Positions 48,901 to 62,600 of a DNA stretch of 64,000 bases are shown here, in pieces (the stretch's first letter is position 1; each line of letters begins with the position of its first letter). The stretch spans positions 269,948,001 to 270,012,000 of the forward strand of contig OZ024743.1 in NCBI GenBank assembly GCA_964016885.1, in the 5' to 3' direction. The position numbers were made by a program, and so were the translations under genes. The notes under the pieces are model-generated. The model had not been told where the DNA came from. It was given only the letters and a program-made list of their open reading frames with translations, and ran no database searches. This DNA is from Eledone cirrhosa (taxonomy: Eukaryota).

Positions 48901-51900
48901 GGTACTGTTGATGTTAGTGGTGTTGGTAGTAGTGTTTGAGGTGGTGTTGATGTTAGTGGTGTTGGTAGTAGTGTTTGAGGTGGTGTTGATGTTAGCGGTG
49001 TTGGTAGTAGTGTTTGAGGTGGTGTTGATGTTAGTGGTGTTGGTAGTAGTGTTTGAGGAGGTGTTGATTTTAGTGGTGCTGGTAGTAGTGTTTGAGGTGG
49101 TGTTGATGTTAGTGGTGTTGGTAGTAGTGTTTGAGGTGGTGTTGACGTTAGTGGTGTTGGTAGTAGTGTTTGACGTGGTGTTGATGTTAGTGGTATTGGG
49201 GTAGTGTTTGGAGTGGTGTTGATGTTAATGGTGTTGGTAGTAGTGTTTGAGGTGGTGTTGATGTTAGTGGTGTTGGTAGTAGTGTTTGAGGTTGTGTTGA
49301 TATTAGCGGTGTTGGTAGTAGTGTTTGAGGTGGTGTTGATGTTAGCGGTGTTGGTAGTAGTGTTTAAGGTGGTGTTGATGTTAGTGGTATTGGTAGTAGT
49401 GTTTGAGGAGGTGTTGATGTTAGCGGTGTTGGTAGTAGTGTTTGACGTGGTGGTGGTGTTAGTGGTGTTGGTAGTAGTGTTTGAGGTGGTGGTGGTGTTA
49501 GTGGTGTTGGTAGTAGTGTTTGAGGTGGTGTTGATGTTAGTGGTGTTGGTAGTAGTATTTGAGGTGGTGGTGGTGTTAGTGGTGTTGGTAGTAGTGTTTG
49601 AGGCGGTGTTGATGTTAGCGGTGTTGGTAGTAGTTTTTGAGGAGGTGTTGATGTTAGTGGTGTTGGTAGTAGTGTTTGAGGTGGTGGTGATGTTAGTGGT
49701 GTTGGTAGTAGTGTTTGAGGTGGTGGTGGTGTTAGTGGTGTTGGCAGTAGTATTTGGGGTGGTGTTGCTGTTAGTGGTGTTGGTAGTAGTATTTGAGGTG
49801 GTGTTGATGTTAGTGGTGTTGGCGGTAGTGTTTGGGGTGGTGTTGATGTTAGTGGTGTTGGTAGTAGTGTTTGAGGTGGTGTTGATGTTAGTGGTGTTGG
49901 TAGTAGTGTTTGAGGTGGTGTTGATGTTAGTGGTGTTGGGTGTAGTGTTTGAGGTGGTGTTGGTGTTAGTGGTGTTGGTAGTATTGTTTGAGGTGGTGTT
50001 GATGTTAGTGGTATTGGTAGTAGTGTTTGAGGTGGTGTTGATGTTAGTGGTGTTGGTAGTAGTGTTTGAGGTGGTGGTGGTGTTGGTGGTGTTGGTAGTA
50101 GTGTTTGAGGAGGTGTTGATGTTAGTTGTGTTGGTAGTAGTGTTTTAGGAGGTGTTGATGTTAGTGGTGTTGGTAGTAGTGTTTGAGGTGGTGTTGATGT
50201 TAGTGGTGTTGGTAGTAGTGTTTAAGGTGGTGTTGATGTTAGTGGTGTTGGTAGTAGTGTTTGAGGTGTTGTTGATGTTAGTGGTGTTGGTAGTAGTGTT
50301 TGAGGTGGTGTTGATGTTAGCGGTGTTGGTAGTAGTGTTTGAGGTGGTGTTGATGTTAGTGGTGTTGGTAGTAGTGTTTGAGGTGGTGTTGATGTTAGCG
50401 GTGTTGGTAGTAGTGTTTGAGGTGGTGTTGATGTTAGTGGTGTTGGTAGTAGTGTTTGAGGAGGTGTTGATGTTAGCGGTGTTGGTAGTAGTGTTTGAGG
50501 TGGTGTTGATGTTAGTGGTGTTGGTAGTAGTGTTTGAGGTGGTGTTGATGTTAGCGGTGTTGGTAGTAGTGTTTGAGGTGGTGTTGATGTTAGTGGTGTT
50601 GGTAGTAGTGTTTGAGGAGGTGTTGATGTTAGCGGTGTTGGTAGTAGTGTTTGAGGTGGTGTTGATGTTAGTGGTGTTGGTAGTAGTGTTTGAGGTGGTG
50701 TTGATGTTAGCGGTGTTGGTAGTAGTGTTTGAGGTGGTGTTGATGTTAGTGGTGTTGGTAGTAGTGTTTGAAGTGGTGTTGATGTTAGTGGTGTTGGTAG
50801 TAGTGTTTGAGGAGGTGTTGATGTTAGTGGTGTTGGCGGTAGTGTTTGGGGTGGTGTTGATGTTAGTGGTGTTGGTGGTAGTGTTTGAGGTGGTGTTGAT
50901 GTTAGCGGTGTTGGTAGTAGTGTTTGAGGTGGTGTTGATGTTAGTGGTGTTGGTAGTAGTGTTTGAGGTGGTGTTGATGTTAGTGGTGTTGGTGGTAGTG
51001 TTTGCGGTGGTGTTGATGTTAGCGGTGTTGGTAGTAGTGTTTGAGGTGGTGTTGATGTTTGTGGTGTTGGGGGTAGTGTTTGAGGTAGTGTTGATGTTAG
51101 TGGTGTTGGTAGTAGTGTTTGAGGTGGTGTTGATGTTAGTGGTGTTGGCAGTAGTGTTTGGGGTGGTGTTGCTGTTAGTGGTGTTGGTAGTAGTATTTGA
51201 GGTGGTGTTGATGTTAGTGGTGTTGGCGGTAGTGTTTGGGGTGGTGTTGATGTTAGTGGTGTTGGTAGTAGTGTTTGAGGTGGTGTTGATGTTAGTGGTG
51301 TTGGTAGTAGTGTTTGAGGTGGTGTTGATGTTAGTGGTGTTGGTAGTAGTGTTTGGGGTGGTGTTTATGTTAGTGGTATTGGGGTAGTGTTTGAGGTTCT
51401 GTTGATGTTAGTGGTGTTGGTAGTAGTATTTGAGGTGGTGTTGATGTTAGTAGTGTTGGTAGTAGTGTTTGAGGTGGTGTTGATGTTAGTGGTGTTGGTA
51501 GTAGTGTTTGAGGTGGTGTTGATGTTAGTGGTGTTGGTAGTAGTGTTTGACGTGGTGTTGATGTTAGTGGTATGGGGTAGTGTTTGGAGTGATGTTGATG
51601 TTAATGGTGTTGGTAGTAGTGTTTGAGGTGGTGTTGATGTTAGTGGTGTTGGTAGTAGTGTTTGAGGAGGTGTTGATGTTAGTGGTGTTGGTAGTAGTGT
51701 TTGAGGTGGTGTTGATGTTAGCGGTGTTGGTAGTAGTGTTTGAGGTGGTGTTGATGTTTGTGGTGTTGGGGGTAGTGTTTGAGGTAGTGTTGATGTTAGT
51801 GGTGTTGGTAGTAGTGTTTGAGGTGGTGTTGATGTTAGTGGTGTTGGCAGTAGTGTTTGAGGTTCTGTTGATGTTAGTGGTGTTGGTAGTAGTATTTGAG

Positions 51901-54900
51901 GTGGTGTTGATGTTAGTAGTGTTGGTAGTATTGTTTGAGGTGGTGTTGATGTTAGCGGTGTTGGTAGTAGTGTTTGAGGTGGTGTTGATGTTAGTGGTGT
52001 TGGTAGTAGTGTTTGAGGTGGTGTTGATGTTAGCGGTGTTGGTAGTAGTGTTTGAGGTGGTGTTGATGTTAGTGGTGTTGGTAGTAGTGTTTGAGGAGGT
52101 GTTGATGTTAGCGGTGTTGGTAGTAGTGTTTGAGGTGGTGTTGATGTTAGTGGTGTTGGTAGTAGTGTTTGAGGTGGTGTTGATGTTAGCGGTGTTGGTA
52201 GTAGTGTTTGAGGTGGTGTTGATGTTAGTGGTGTTGGTAGTAGTGTTTGAAGTGGTGTTGATGTTAGTGGTGTTGGTAGTAGTGTTTGAGGAGGTGTTGA
52301 TGTTAGTGGTGTTGGCGGTAGTGTTTGGGGTGGTGTTGATGTTAGTGGTGTTGGTGGTAGTGTTTGAGGTGGTGTTGATGTTAGTGGTGTTGGTAGTAGT
52401 GTTTGAGGTGGTGTTGATGTTAGCGGTGTTGGTAGTATTGTTTGAGGTGGTGTTGATGTTAATGGTGTTGGTAGTAGTGTTTGAGGTGGTGTTGATGTTA
52501 GTGGTGTTGGTAGTAGTGTTTGAGGAGGTGTTGATGTTAGTGGTGTTGGTAGTAGTGTTTGAGGTGGTGTTGATGTTAGTGGTGTTGGTAGTAGTGTTTG
52601 AGGTGGTGTTGATCTTAGTGGTGTTGGTAGTAGTGTTTGAGGTGGTGTTAATGTTAGTGGTGTTGTTAGTAGTGTTTGAGGTGGTGTTGATGTTAGCGGT
52701 GTTGGTAGTAATGTTTGAGGTGCTGTTGATGTTAGTGGTGTTGGTAGTAGTGTTTGAGGTGGTGTTGATGTTAGCGGTGTTGGTAGTAGTGTTTGAGGTG
52801 GTGTTGATGTTAGCGATGTTGGTAGTAGTGTTTGACATGGTGTTGATGTTAGTGGTATTGGGGTAGTGTTTGGAGTGGTGTTGATGTTAATGGTGTTGGT
52901 AGTAGTGTTTGAGGTGGTGTTGATGTTAGTGGTGTTGGTAGTAGTGTTTGACATGGTGTTGATGTTAGTGGTATTGGGGTAGTGTTTGGAGTGGTGTTGA
53001 TGTTAATGGTGTTGGTAGTAGTGTTTGAGGTGGTGTTGATGTTAGTGGTGTTGGTAGTAGTGTTTGAGGAGGTGTTGATGTTAGTGGTGTTGGTAGTAGT
53101 GTTTGAGGTGGTGTTGATGTTAGTGGTGTTGGTAGTAGTGTTTGAGGTGGTGTTGACGTTAGTGGTGTTGGTAGTAGTGTTTGAGGTGGTGTTGATGTTA
53201 GTGGTGTTGGTAGTAGTGTTTGGGGTGGTGTTGATGTTAGTGGTATTGGGGTAGTGTTTGGAGTGGTGTTGATGTTAGTGGGGATGGGGGTAGTGTTTGA
53301 GGTGGTGTTGATGTTAGTGGTGTTGGTAGTAGTGTTTGAGGTGGTGTTGATGTTAGTGGTGTTGGTAGTAGTGTTTGAGGTGGTGTTGATGTTAGTGGTG
53401 TTGGTAGTAGTGTTTGAGTTGGTGTTGATGTTAGTGGTGTTGGTAGTAGTGTTTGAGGTGGTGTTGATGTTAGCGGTGTTGGTAGTAGTGTTTGAGGTGC
53501 TGTTGATGTTAGTGGTGTTGGTAGTAGTGTTTGAGGTGGTGTTGATGTTAGTGGTGTTGGTAGTAGTGTTTGAGGTGGTGTTGATGTTAGCGGTGTTGGT
53601 AGTAGCGTTTGAGGTGGTGTTGATGTTAGTGGTGTTGGTAGTAGTGTTTGAGGAGGTGTTGATTTTAGTGGTGCTGGTAGTAGTGTTTGAGGTGGTGTTG
53701 ATGTTAGTGGTGTTGGTAGTAGTGTTTGAGGTGGTGTTGATGTTAGCGGTGTTGGTAGTAGTGTTTGAGGTGGTGTTGATGTTAGTGGTGTTGGTAGTAG
53801 TGTTTGAGGTGGTGTTGATGTTAGTGGTGTTGGTAGTAGTGTTTGAGGTGGTGTTGATGTTAGTGGTGTTGGTAGTAGTGTTTGACGTGGTGTTGATGTT
53901 AGTGGTATTGGGGTAGTGTTTGGAGTGGTGTTGATGTTAGTGGGGTTGGGGGTAGTGTTTGAGGTGGTGTTGATGTTAGTGGTGTTGGTAGTAGTGTTTA
54001 AGGTGGTGTTGATGTTAGTGGTGTTGGTAGTAGTGTTTGAGGTGGTGTTGATGTTAGTGGTGTTGGTAGTAGTGTTTGAGGTGGTGTTGATGTTAGCGGT
54101 GTTGGTAGTAGTGTTTGAGGTGGTGTTGATGTTAGTGGTGTTGGTAGTAGTGTTTGAGGTGGTGTTGATGTTAGCGGTGTTGGTAGTAGTGTTTGAGGTG
54201 GTGTTGATGTTAGTGGTGTTGGTGGTAGTGTTTGAGGTGGTGTTGATGTTAGCGGTGTTGGTAGTAGTGTTTGAGGTGGTGTTGATGTTAGTGGTGTTGG
54301 TAGTAGTGTTTGAGGTGGTGTTGATGTTAGTGGTGTTGGTGGTAGTGTTTGCGGTGGTGTTGATGTTAGTGGTGTTAGTAGTAGTGTTTGAGGTGGTGTT
54401 GATGTTAGTGGTGTTGGTAGTAGTGTTTGAGGTGGTGTTGATGTTAGCGGTGTTGGTAGTAGTGTTTGAGGTGGTGTTGATGTTTGTGGTGTTGGGGGTA
54501 GTGTTTGAGGTAGTGTTGATGTTAGTGGTGTTAGTAGTAGTGTTTGAGGTGGTGTTGATGTTAGTGGTGTTGGCAGTAGTGTTTGGGGTGGTGTTGCTGT
54601 TAGTGGTGTTGGTAGTAGTATTTGAGGTGGTGTTGATGTTAGTGGTGTTGGCGGTAGTGTTTGGGGTGGTGTTGATGTTAGTGGTGTTGGTAGTAGTGTT
54701 TGAGGTGGTGTTGATGTTAGTAGTGTTGGTAGTAGTGTTTGAGGTGGTGTTGATGTTAGTGGTGTTGGTAGTAGTGTTTGAGGTGGTGTTGATGTTAGTG
54801 GTGTTGGTAGTAGTGTTTGGGGTGGTGTTTATGTTAGTGGTGTTGGTAGTAGTGTTTGAGGTGGTGTTGATGTTAGTGGTGTTGGTAGTAGTGTTTGAGG

Positions 54901-57900
54901 TGGTGTTCATGTTAGTGGTGTTGGTAGTAGTGTTTGGGGTGGTGTTTATGTTAGTGGTATTGGGGTAGTGTTTGAGGTTCTGTTGATGTTAGTGGTGTTG
55001 GTAGTAGTATTTGAGGTGGTGTTGATGTTAGTGGTGTTGGTAGTAGTGTTTGAGGTGGTGTTGATGTTAGTGGTGTTGGTAGTAGTGTTTGAGGTGGTGT
55101 TGATGTTAGTGGTGTTGGTAGTAGTGTTTGGGGTGGTGTTTATGTTAGTGGTATTGGGGTAGTGTTTGAGGTTCTGTTGATGTTAGTGGTGTTGGTAGTA
55201 GTATTTGAGGTGGTGTTGATGTTAGTGGTGTTGGTAGTAGTGTTTGAGATGGTGTTGATGTTAGTGGTGTTGGTATTAGTGTTTGAGGTGGTGTTGATGT
55301 TAGTGGTGTTGGTAGTAGTGTTTGAGGTGGTGTTGATGTTAGTGGTGTTGGTAGTAGTGTTTGAGGAGGTGTTGATGTTAGCGGTGTTGGTAGTAGTGTT
55401 TGAGGTGGTGGTGGTGTTAGTGGTGTTGGTAGTAGTGTTTGAGGAGGTGTTGATGTTAGTGGTGTTGGTAGTAGTATTTGAGGTGGTGTTGATGTTAGTG
55501 GTATTGGTAGTAGTGTTTGAGGTGGTGTTGATGTTAGTGGTGTTGGTAGTAGTGTTTGAGGAGGTGTTGATGTTAGCGGTGTTGGTAGTAGTGTTTGAGG
55601 TGGTGGTGGTGTTAGTGGTGTTGGTAGTAGTGTTTGAGGTGGTGGTGGTGTTAGTGGTGTTGGTAGTAGTGTTTGAGGTGGTGTTGATGTTAGTGGTGTT
55701 GGTAGTAGTGTTTGAGGTGGTGGTGGTGTTAGTGGTGTTGGTAGTAGTGTTTGAGGCGGTGTTGATGTTAGCGGTGTTGGTAGTAGTTTTTGAGGAGGTG
55801 TTGATGTTAGTGGTGTTGGTAGTAGTGTTTGAGGTGGTGGTGATGTTAGTGGTGTTGGTAGTAGTGTTTGAGGTGGTGGTGGTGTTAGTGGTGTTGGTAG
55901 TAGTGTTTGAGGTGGTGTTGATGTTAGTGGTGTTGGGTGTAGTGTTTGAGGTGGTGTTGGTGTTAGTGGTGTTGGTAGTATTGTTTGAGGTGGTGTTGAT
56001 GTTAGTGGTATTGGTAGTAGTGTTTGAGGTGGTGTTGATGTTAGTGGTGTTGGTAGCAGTGTTTGAGGTGGTGGTGGTGTTGGTGGTGTTGGTAGTAGTG
56101 TTTGAGGAGGTGTTGATGTTAGTTGTGTTGGTAGTAGTGTTTTAGGAGGTGTTGATGTTAGTGGTGTTGGTAGTAGTGTTTGAGGTGGTGTTGATGTTAG
56201 TGGTGTTGGTAGTAGTGTTTAAGGTGGTGTTGATGTTACTGGTGTTGGTAGTAGTGTTTAAGGTGGTGTTGATGTTAGTGGTGTTGGTAGTAGTGTTTGA
56301 GGTGGTGTTGATGTTAGTGGTGTTGGTAGTAGTGTTTGAGGTGGTGTTGATGTTAGCGGTGTTGGTAGTAGTGTTTGAGGTGGTGTTGATGTTAGTGGTG
56401 TTGGTAGTAATGTTTGAGGAGGTGTTGATGTTAGCAGTGTTGGTAGTAGTGTTTGAGGTGGTGTTGATGTTAGTGGTGTTGGTAGTAGAGTTTAAGGTGG
56501 TGTTGATGTTAGTGGTGTTGGTAGTAGTGTTTGAGGTGGTGTTGATGTTAGTGGTGTTGGTAGTAGTGTTTGAGGTGGTGTTGATGTTAGCGGTGTTGGT
56601 AGTAGTGTTTGAGGTGGTGTTGGTAGTAGTGTTTGAGGTGGTGTTGATGTTAGCGGTGTTGGTGGTAGTGTTTGAGGTGGTGTTGATGTTAGCGGTGTTG
56701 GTAGTAGTGTTTGAGGTGGTGTTGATGTTAGTGGTGTTGGTAGTAGTGTTTGAGGTGGTGTTGATGTTAGTGGTGTTGGTGGTAGTGTTTGCGGTGGTGT
56801 TGATGTTAGCGGTGTTGGTAGTAGTGTTTGAGGTGGTGTTGATGTTTGTGGTGTTGGTTGTAGTGTTTGAGGTAGTGTTGATGTTAGTGGTGTTAGTAGT
56901 AGTGTTTGAGGTGGTGTTGATGTTAGTGGTGTTGGCAGTAGTGTTTGAGGTTGTGTTGATGTTAGTGGTGTTGGTAGTAGTGTTTGAGGTGGTGTTGATG
57001 TTAGTGGTGTTGGTAGTAGTGTTTGGGGTGGTGTTTATGTTAGTGGTATTGGGGTAGTGTTTGAGGTTCTGTTGATGTTAGTGGTGTTGGTAGTAGTATT
57101 TGAGGTGGTGTTGATGTTAGTAGTGTTGGTAGTAGTGTTTGAGGTGGTGTTGATGTTAGTGGTGTTGGTAGTAGTGTTTGAGGTGGTGTTGATGTTAGTG
57201 GTGTTGGTAGTAGTGTTTGAGGTGGTGTTGATGTTAGTGGTGTTGGTAGTAGTGTTTGGGGTGGTGTTTATGTTAGTGGTATTGGGGTAGTGTTTGAGGT
57301 TCTGTTGATGTTTGTGGTGTTGGTAGTAGTATTTGAGGTGGTGTTGATGTTAGTGGGGTTGGTAGTAGTGTTTGAGGTGGTGTTGATGTTAGTGGTGTTG
57401 GTAGTAGTGTTTGAGGTGGTGTTGATGTTAGTGGTGTTGGTAGTAGTGTTTGAGGTGGTGTTGATGTTAGTGGTGTTGGTAGTAGTGTTTGGGGTGGTGT
57501 TGATGTTAGTGGTGTTGGTAGTAGTGTTTGAGGAGGTGTTGATGTTAGTGGTGTTGGTAGTAGTGTTTGAGGTGGTGTTGATGTTAGTGGTGTTGGTAGT
57601 AGTGTTTGAGGTGGTGTTGGTAGTAGTGTTTGGGGTGGTGTTTATGTTAGTGGTATTGGGGTAGTGTTTGAGGTTCTGTTGATGTTAGTGGTGTTGGTAG
57701 TAGTATTTGAGGTGGTGTTGATGTTAGTGGTGTTGGTAGTAGTGTTTGAGATGGTGTTGATGTTAGTGGTGTTGGTAGTAGTGTTTGAGGTGGTGTTGAT
57801 GTTAGTGGTGTTGGTAGTAGTGTTTGAGGTGGTGTTGATGTTAGTGGTGTTGGTAGTAGTGTTTGAGGAGGTGTTGATGTTAGCGGTGTTGGTAGTAGTG

Positions 57901-60900
57901 TTTGAGGTGGTGGTGGTGTTAGTGGTGTTGGTAGTAGTGTTTGAGGAGGTGTTGATGTTAGTGGTGTTGGTAGTAGTATTTGAGGTGGTGTTGATGTTAG
58001 TGGTATTGGTAGTAGTGTTTGAGGTGGTGTTGATGTTAGTGGTGTTGGTAGTAGTGTTTGAGGAGGTGTTGATGTTAGCGGTGTTGGTAGTAGTGTTTGA
58101 GGTGGTGGTGGTGTTAGTGGTGTTGGTAGTAGTGTTTGAGGTGGTGGTGGTGTTAGTGGTGTTGGTAGTAGTGTTTGAGGTGGTGTTGATGTTAGTGGTG
58201 TTGGTAGTAGTGTTTGAGGTGGTGGTGGTGTTAGTGGTGTTGGTAGTAGTTTTTGAGGAGGTGTTGATGTTAGTGGTGTTGGTAGTAGTGTTTGAGGTGG
58301 TGGTGATGTTAGTGGTGTTGGTAGTAGTGTTTGAGGTGGTGGTGGTGTTAGTGGTGTTGGTAGTAGTGTTTGAGGTGGTGTTGATGTTAGTGGTGTTGGG
58401 TGTAGTGTTTGAGGTGGTGTTGGTGTTAGTGGTGTTGGTAGTATTGTTTGAGGTGGTGTTGATGTTAGTGGTATTGGTAGTAGTGTTTGAGGTCGTGTTG
58501 ATGTTAGTGGTGTTGGTAGTAGTGTTTGAGGTGGTGTTGATGTTAGTTGTGTTGGTAGTAGTGTTTTAGGAGGTGTTGATGTTAGTGGTGTTGGTAGTAG
58601 TGTTTGAGGTGGTGTTGATGTTAGTGGTGTTGGTAGTAGTGTTTAAGGTGGTGTTGATGTTAGTGGTGTTGGTAGTAGTGTTTAAGGTGGTGTTGATGTT
58701 AGTGGTGTTGGTAGTAGTGTTTGAGGTGGTGTTGATGTTAGTGGTGTTGGTAGTAGTGTTTGAGGTGGTGTTGATGTTAGCGGTGTTGGTAGTAGTGTTT
58801 GAGGTGGTGTTGATGTTAGTGGTGTTGGTAGTAGTGTTTGAGGAGGTGTTGATGTTAGCAGTGTTGGTAGTAGTGTTTGAGGTGGTGTTGATGTTAGTGG
58901 TGTTGGTAGTAGTGTTTGAGGTGGTGTTGATGTTAGCGGTGTTGGTAGTAGTGTTTGAAGTGGTGTTGATGTTAGTGGTGTTGGTAGTAGTGTTTGGGGT
59001 GTTGTTTATGTTAGTGGTATTGGGGTAGTGTTTGAGGTTGTGTTGATGTTAGTGGTGTTGGTAGTAGTATTTGAGGTGGTGTTGATGTTAGTGGTGTTGG
59101 TAGTAGTGTTTGAGGTGGTGTTGATGTTAGTGGTGTTGGTAGTAGTGTTTGAGGTGGTGTTGGTGTTAGTGGTGTTGGTAGTATTGTTTGAGGTGGTGTT
59201 GATGTTAGTGGTATTGGTAGTAGTGTTTGAGGTGGTGTTGATGTTAGTGGTGTTGGTAGTAGTGTTTGAGGTGGTGTTGATGTTAGTGGTGTTGGTAGTA
59301 GTGTTTGAGGTGGTGTTGATGTTAGCGGTGTTGGTAGTAGTGTTTGAGGTGGTGTTGATGTTAGTGGTGTTGGTGGTAGTGTTTGAGGTGGTGTTGATGT
59401 TAGCGGTGTTGGTAGTAGTGTTTGAGGTGGTGTTGATGTTAGCGGTGTTGGTAGTAGTGTTTGAGGTGGTGTTGATGTTTGTGGTGTTGGGGGTAGTGTT
59501 TGAGGTGGTGTTGATGTTAGTCGTGTTGGTAGTAGTGTTTGAGGTGGTGTTGATGTTAGTGGTGTTGGTAGTAGTGTTTGGGGTGGTGTTTATGTTAGTG
59601 GTATTGGGGTAGTGTTTGAGGTTCTGTTGATGTTAGTGGTGTTGGTAGTAGTATTTGAGGTGGTGTTGATGTTAGTGGTGTTGGTAGTAGTGTTTGAGGT
59701 GGTGTTGATGTTAGTGGTGTTGGTAGTAGTGTTTGAGGTGGTGTTGATGTTAGTGGTGTTGGTAGTAGTGTTTGAGGTGGTGTTGATGTTAGTGGTGTTG
59801 GTAGTAGTGTTTGAGGAGGTGTTGATGTTAGTGGTGTTGGTAGTAGTGTTTGAGGTGGTGTTGATGTTAGTGGTGTTGGTAGTAGTGTTTGAGGTGGTGT
59901 TGATGTTAGTGGTGTTGGTAGTAGTGTTTGGGGTGGTGTTTATGTTAGTGGTATTGGGGTAGTGTTTGAGGTTCTGTTGATGTTAGTGGTGTTGGTAGTA
60001 GTATTTGAGGTGGTGTTGATGTTAGTGGTGTTGGTAGTAGTGTTTGAGGTGGTGTTGATGTTAGTGGTGTTGGTAGTAGTGTTTGAGGTGGTGTTGATGT
60101 TAGCGGTGTTGGTAGTAGTGTTTGATGTGGTGTTGATGTTAGTGGTATTGGTAGAAGTGTTTGAGGTGGTGTTGGTGTTAGCGGTGTTGGTAGTAGTGTT
60201 TGAGGTGGTGTTGATGTTAGCGGTGTTGGTAGTAGTGTTTGAGGTGGTGTTGATGTTAGCGGTGTTGGTAGTAGTGTTTGACGTGGTGTTGATGTTAGTG
60301 GTATTGGGGTAGTGTTTGGAGTGGTGTTGATGTTAATGGTGTTGGTAGTAGTGTTTGGGGTGGTGTTTATGTTAGTGGTATTGGGGTAGTGTTTGAGGTT
60401 CTGTTGATGTTAGTGGTGTTGGTAGTAGTGTTTGAGGTGGTGTTGATGTTAGTGGTGTTGGTAGTAGTGTTTGAGGTGGTGTTGATGTTAGTGGTGTTGG
60501 TAGTAGTGTTTGAGTTGGTGTTGATGTTAGTGGTGTTGGTAGTAGTGTTTGAGGTGGTGTTGATGTTAGCGGTGTTGGTAGTAGTGTTTGAGGTGCTGTT
60601 GATGTTAGTGGTGTTGGTAGTAGTGTTTGAGGTGGTGTTGATGTTAGTGGTGTTGGTAGTAGTGTTTGAGGTGGTGTTGATGTTAGCGGTGTTGGTAGTA
60701 GCGTTTGAGGTGGTGTTGATGTTAGTGGTGTTGGTAGTAGTGTTTGAGGAGGTGTTGATTTTAGTGGTGCTGGTAGTAGTGTTTGAGGTGGTGTTGATGT
60801 TAGTGGTGTTGGTAGTAGTGTTTGAGGTGGTGTTGATGTTAGCGGTGTTGGTAGTAGTGTTTGAGGTGGTGTTGATGTTAGTGGTGTTGGTAGTAGTGTT

Positions 60901-62600
60901 TGAGGTGGTGTTGATGTTAGTGGTGTTGGTAGTAGTGTTTGAGGTGGTGTTGATGTTAGTGGTGTTGGTAGTAGTGTTTGACGTGGTGTTGATGTTAGTG
61001 GTATTGGGGTAGTGTTTGGAGTGGTGTTGATGTTAGTGGGGTTGGGGGTAGTGTTTGAGGTGGTGTTGATGTTAGTGGTGTTGGTAGTAGTGTTTAAGGT
61101 GGTGTTGATGTTAGTGGTGTTGGTAGTAGTGTTTGAGGTGGTGTTGATGTTAGTGGTGTTGGTAGTAGTGTTTGAGGTGGTGTTGATGTTAGCGGTGTTG
61201 GTAGTAGTGTTTGAGGTGGTGTTGATGTTAGTGGTGTTGGTAGTAGTATTTGAGGTGGTGTTGATGTTAGCGGTGTTGGTAGTAGTGTTTGAGGTGGTGT
61301 TGATGTTAGTGGTGTTGGTGGTAGTGTTTGAGGTGGTGTTGATGTTAGCGGTGTTGGTAGTAGTGTTTGAGGTGGTGTTGATGTTAGTGGTGTTGGTAGT
61401 AGTGTTTGGGGTGGTGTTGATGTTACTGGTGTTGGTAGTAGTGTTTGAGGAGGTGTTGATGTTAGTGGTGTTGGTAGTAGTGTTTGAGGTGGTGTTGATG
61501 TTAGCGGTGTTGGTAGTAGTGTTTGACGTGGTGTTCATGTTAGTGGTATTGGGGTAGTGTTTGGAGTGGTGTTGATGTTACTGGTGTTGGTAGTAGTGTT
61601 TGAGGAGGTGTTGATGTTAGTGGTGTTGGTAGTAGTGTTTGAGGTGGTGTTGATGTTAGTGGTGTTGGTAGTAGTGTTTGAGGTGGTGTTGATGTTAGTG
61701 GTGTTGGTAGTAGTGTTTGGGGTGGTGTTGATGTTACTGGTGTTGGTAGTAGTGTTTGAGGAGGTGTTGATGTTAGTGGTGTTGGTAGTAGTGTTTGAGG
61801 TGGTGTTGATGTTAGTGGTGTTGGTAGTAGTGTTTGAGGTGGTGTTGATGTTAGTGGTGTTGGTAGTAGTGTTTGGGGTGGTGTTTATGTTAGTGGTATT
61901 GGGGTAGTGTTTGAGGTTCTGTTGATGTTAGTGGTGTTGGTAGTAGTATTTGAGGTGGTGTTGATGTTAGTGGTGTTGGTAGTAGTGTTTGAGGTGGTGT
62001 TGATGTTAGTGGTGTTGGTAGTAGTGTTTGAGGTGGTGTTGATGTTAGCGGTGTTGATAGTAGTGTTTGAGGTGGTGTTGATGTTAGTGGTATTGGTAGA
62101 AGTGTTTGAGGTGGTGTTGGTATTAGCGGTGTTGGTAGTAGTGTTTGAGGTGGTGTTGATGTTAGCGGTGTTGGTAGTAGTGTTTGAGGTGGTGTTGATG
62201 TTAGCGGTGTTGGTAGTAGTGTTTGACGTGGTGTTCATGTTAGTGGTATTGGGGTAGTGTTTGGAGTGGTGTTGATGTTAATGGTGTTGGTAGTAGTGTT
62301 TGAGGTGGTGTTGATGTTAGTGGTGTTGGTAGTAGTGTTTGAGGTGGTGTTGACGTTAGTGGTGTTGGTAGTAGTGTTTGAGGTGGTGTTGATGTTAGTG
62401 GTGTTGGCAGTAGTATTTGAGGTGGTGTTGATGTTAGTGGTGTTGGCGGTAGTGTTTGGGGTGGTGTTGATGTTAGTGGTGTTGGTAGTAGTGTTTGAGG
62501 TGGTGTTGATGTTAGTGGTGTTGGTAGTAGTGTTTGGGGTGGTGTTGATGTTAGTGGTATTGGGGTAGTGTTTGGAGTGGTGTTGATGTTAGCGTTGTTG
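43000..62600. repeat. Mosaic domain of dispersed block duplications (43400->46479, 47374->52982, 53916->61012, 55162->57664)
   Basis: Paired ORF translations match, and the domain shares the variants GAGGTTCTG, TTTAAGG, TTTTAGGAGG and TTGATCTTA. Confidence 0.8.

Noticed and set aside
11408-62238. Minus-strand Thr/Asn/Pro-rich ORFs as individual genes
   Set aside because: Their ATG starts come from sporadic CAT variants (GACATG, TTCATG, GCATT) inside the array, and they are purely repetitive. They are kept only as an origin hypothesis.
43-62568. Over a hundred + strand Val/Leu-rich ORFs resembling membrane proteins
   Set aside because: They are translations of the repeat in a frame that lacks stops by composition. 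Their starts are GTG/TTG/ATG triplets internal to the monomer, and their ends are set by indel or stop variants. No unique domain is present.
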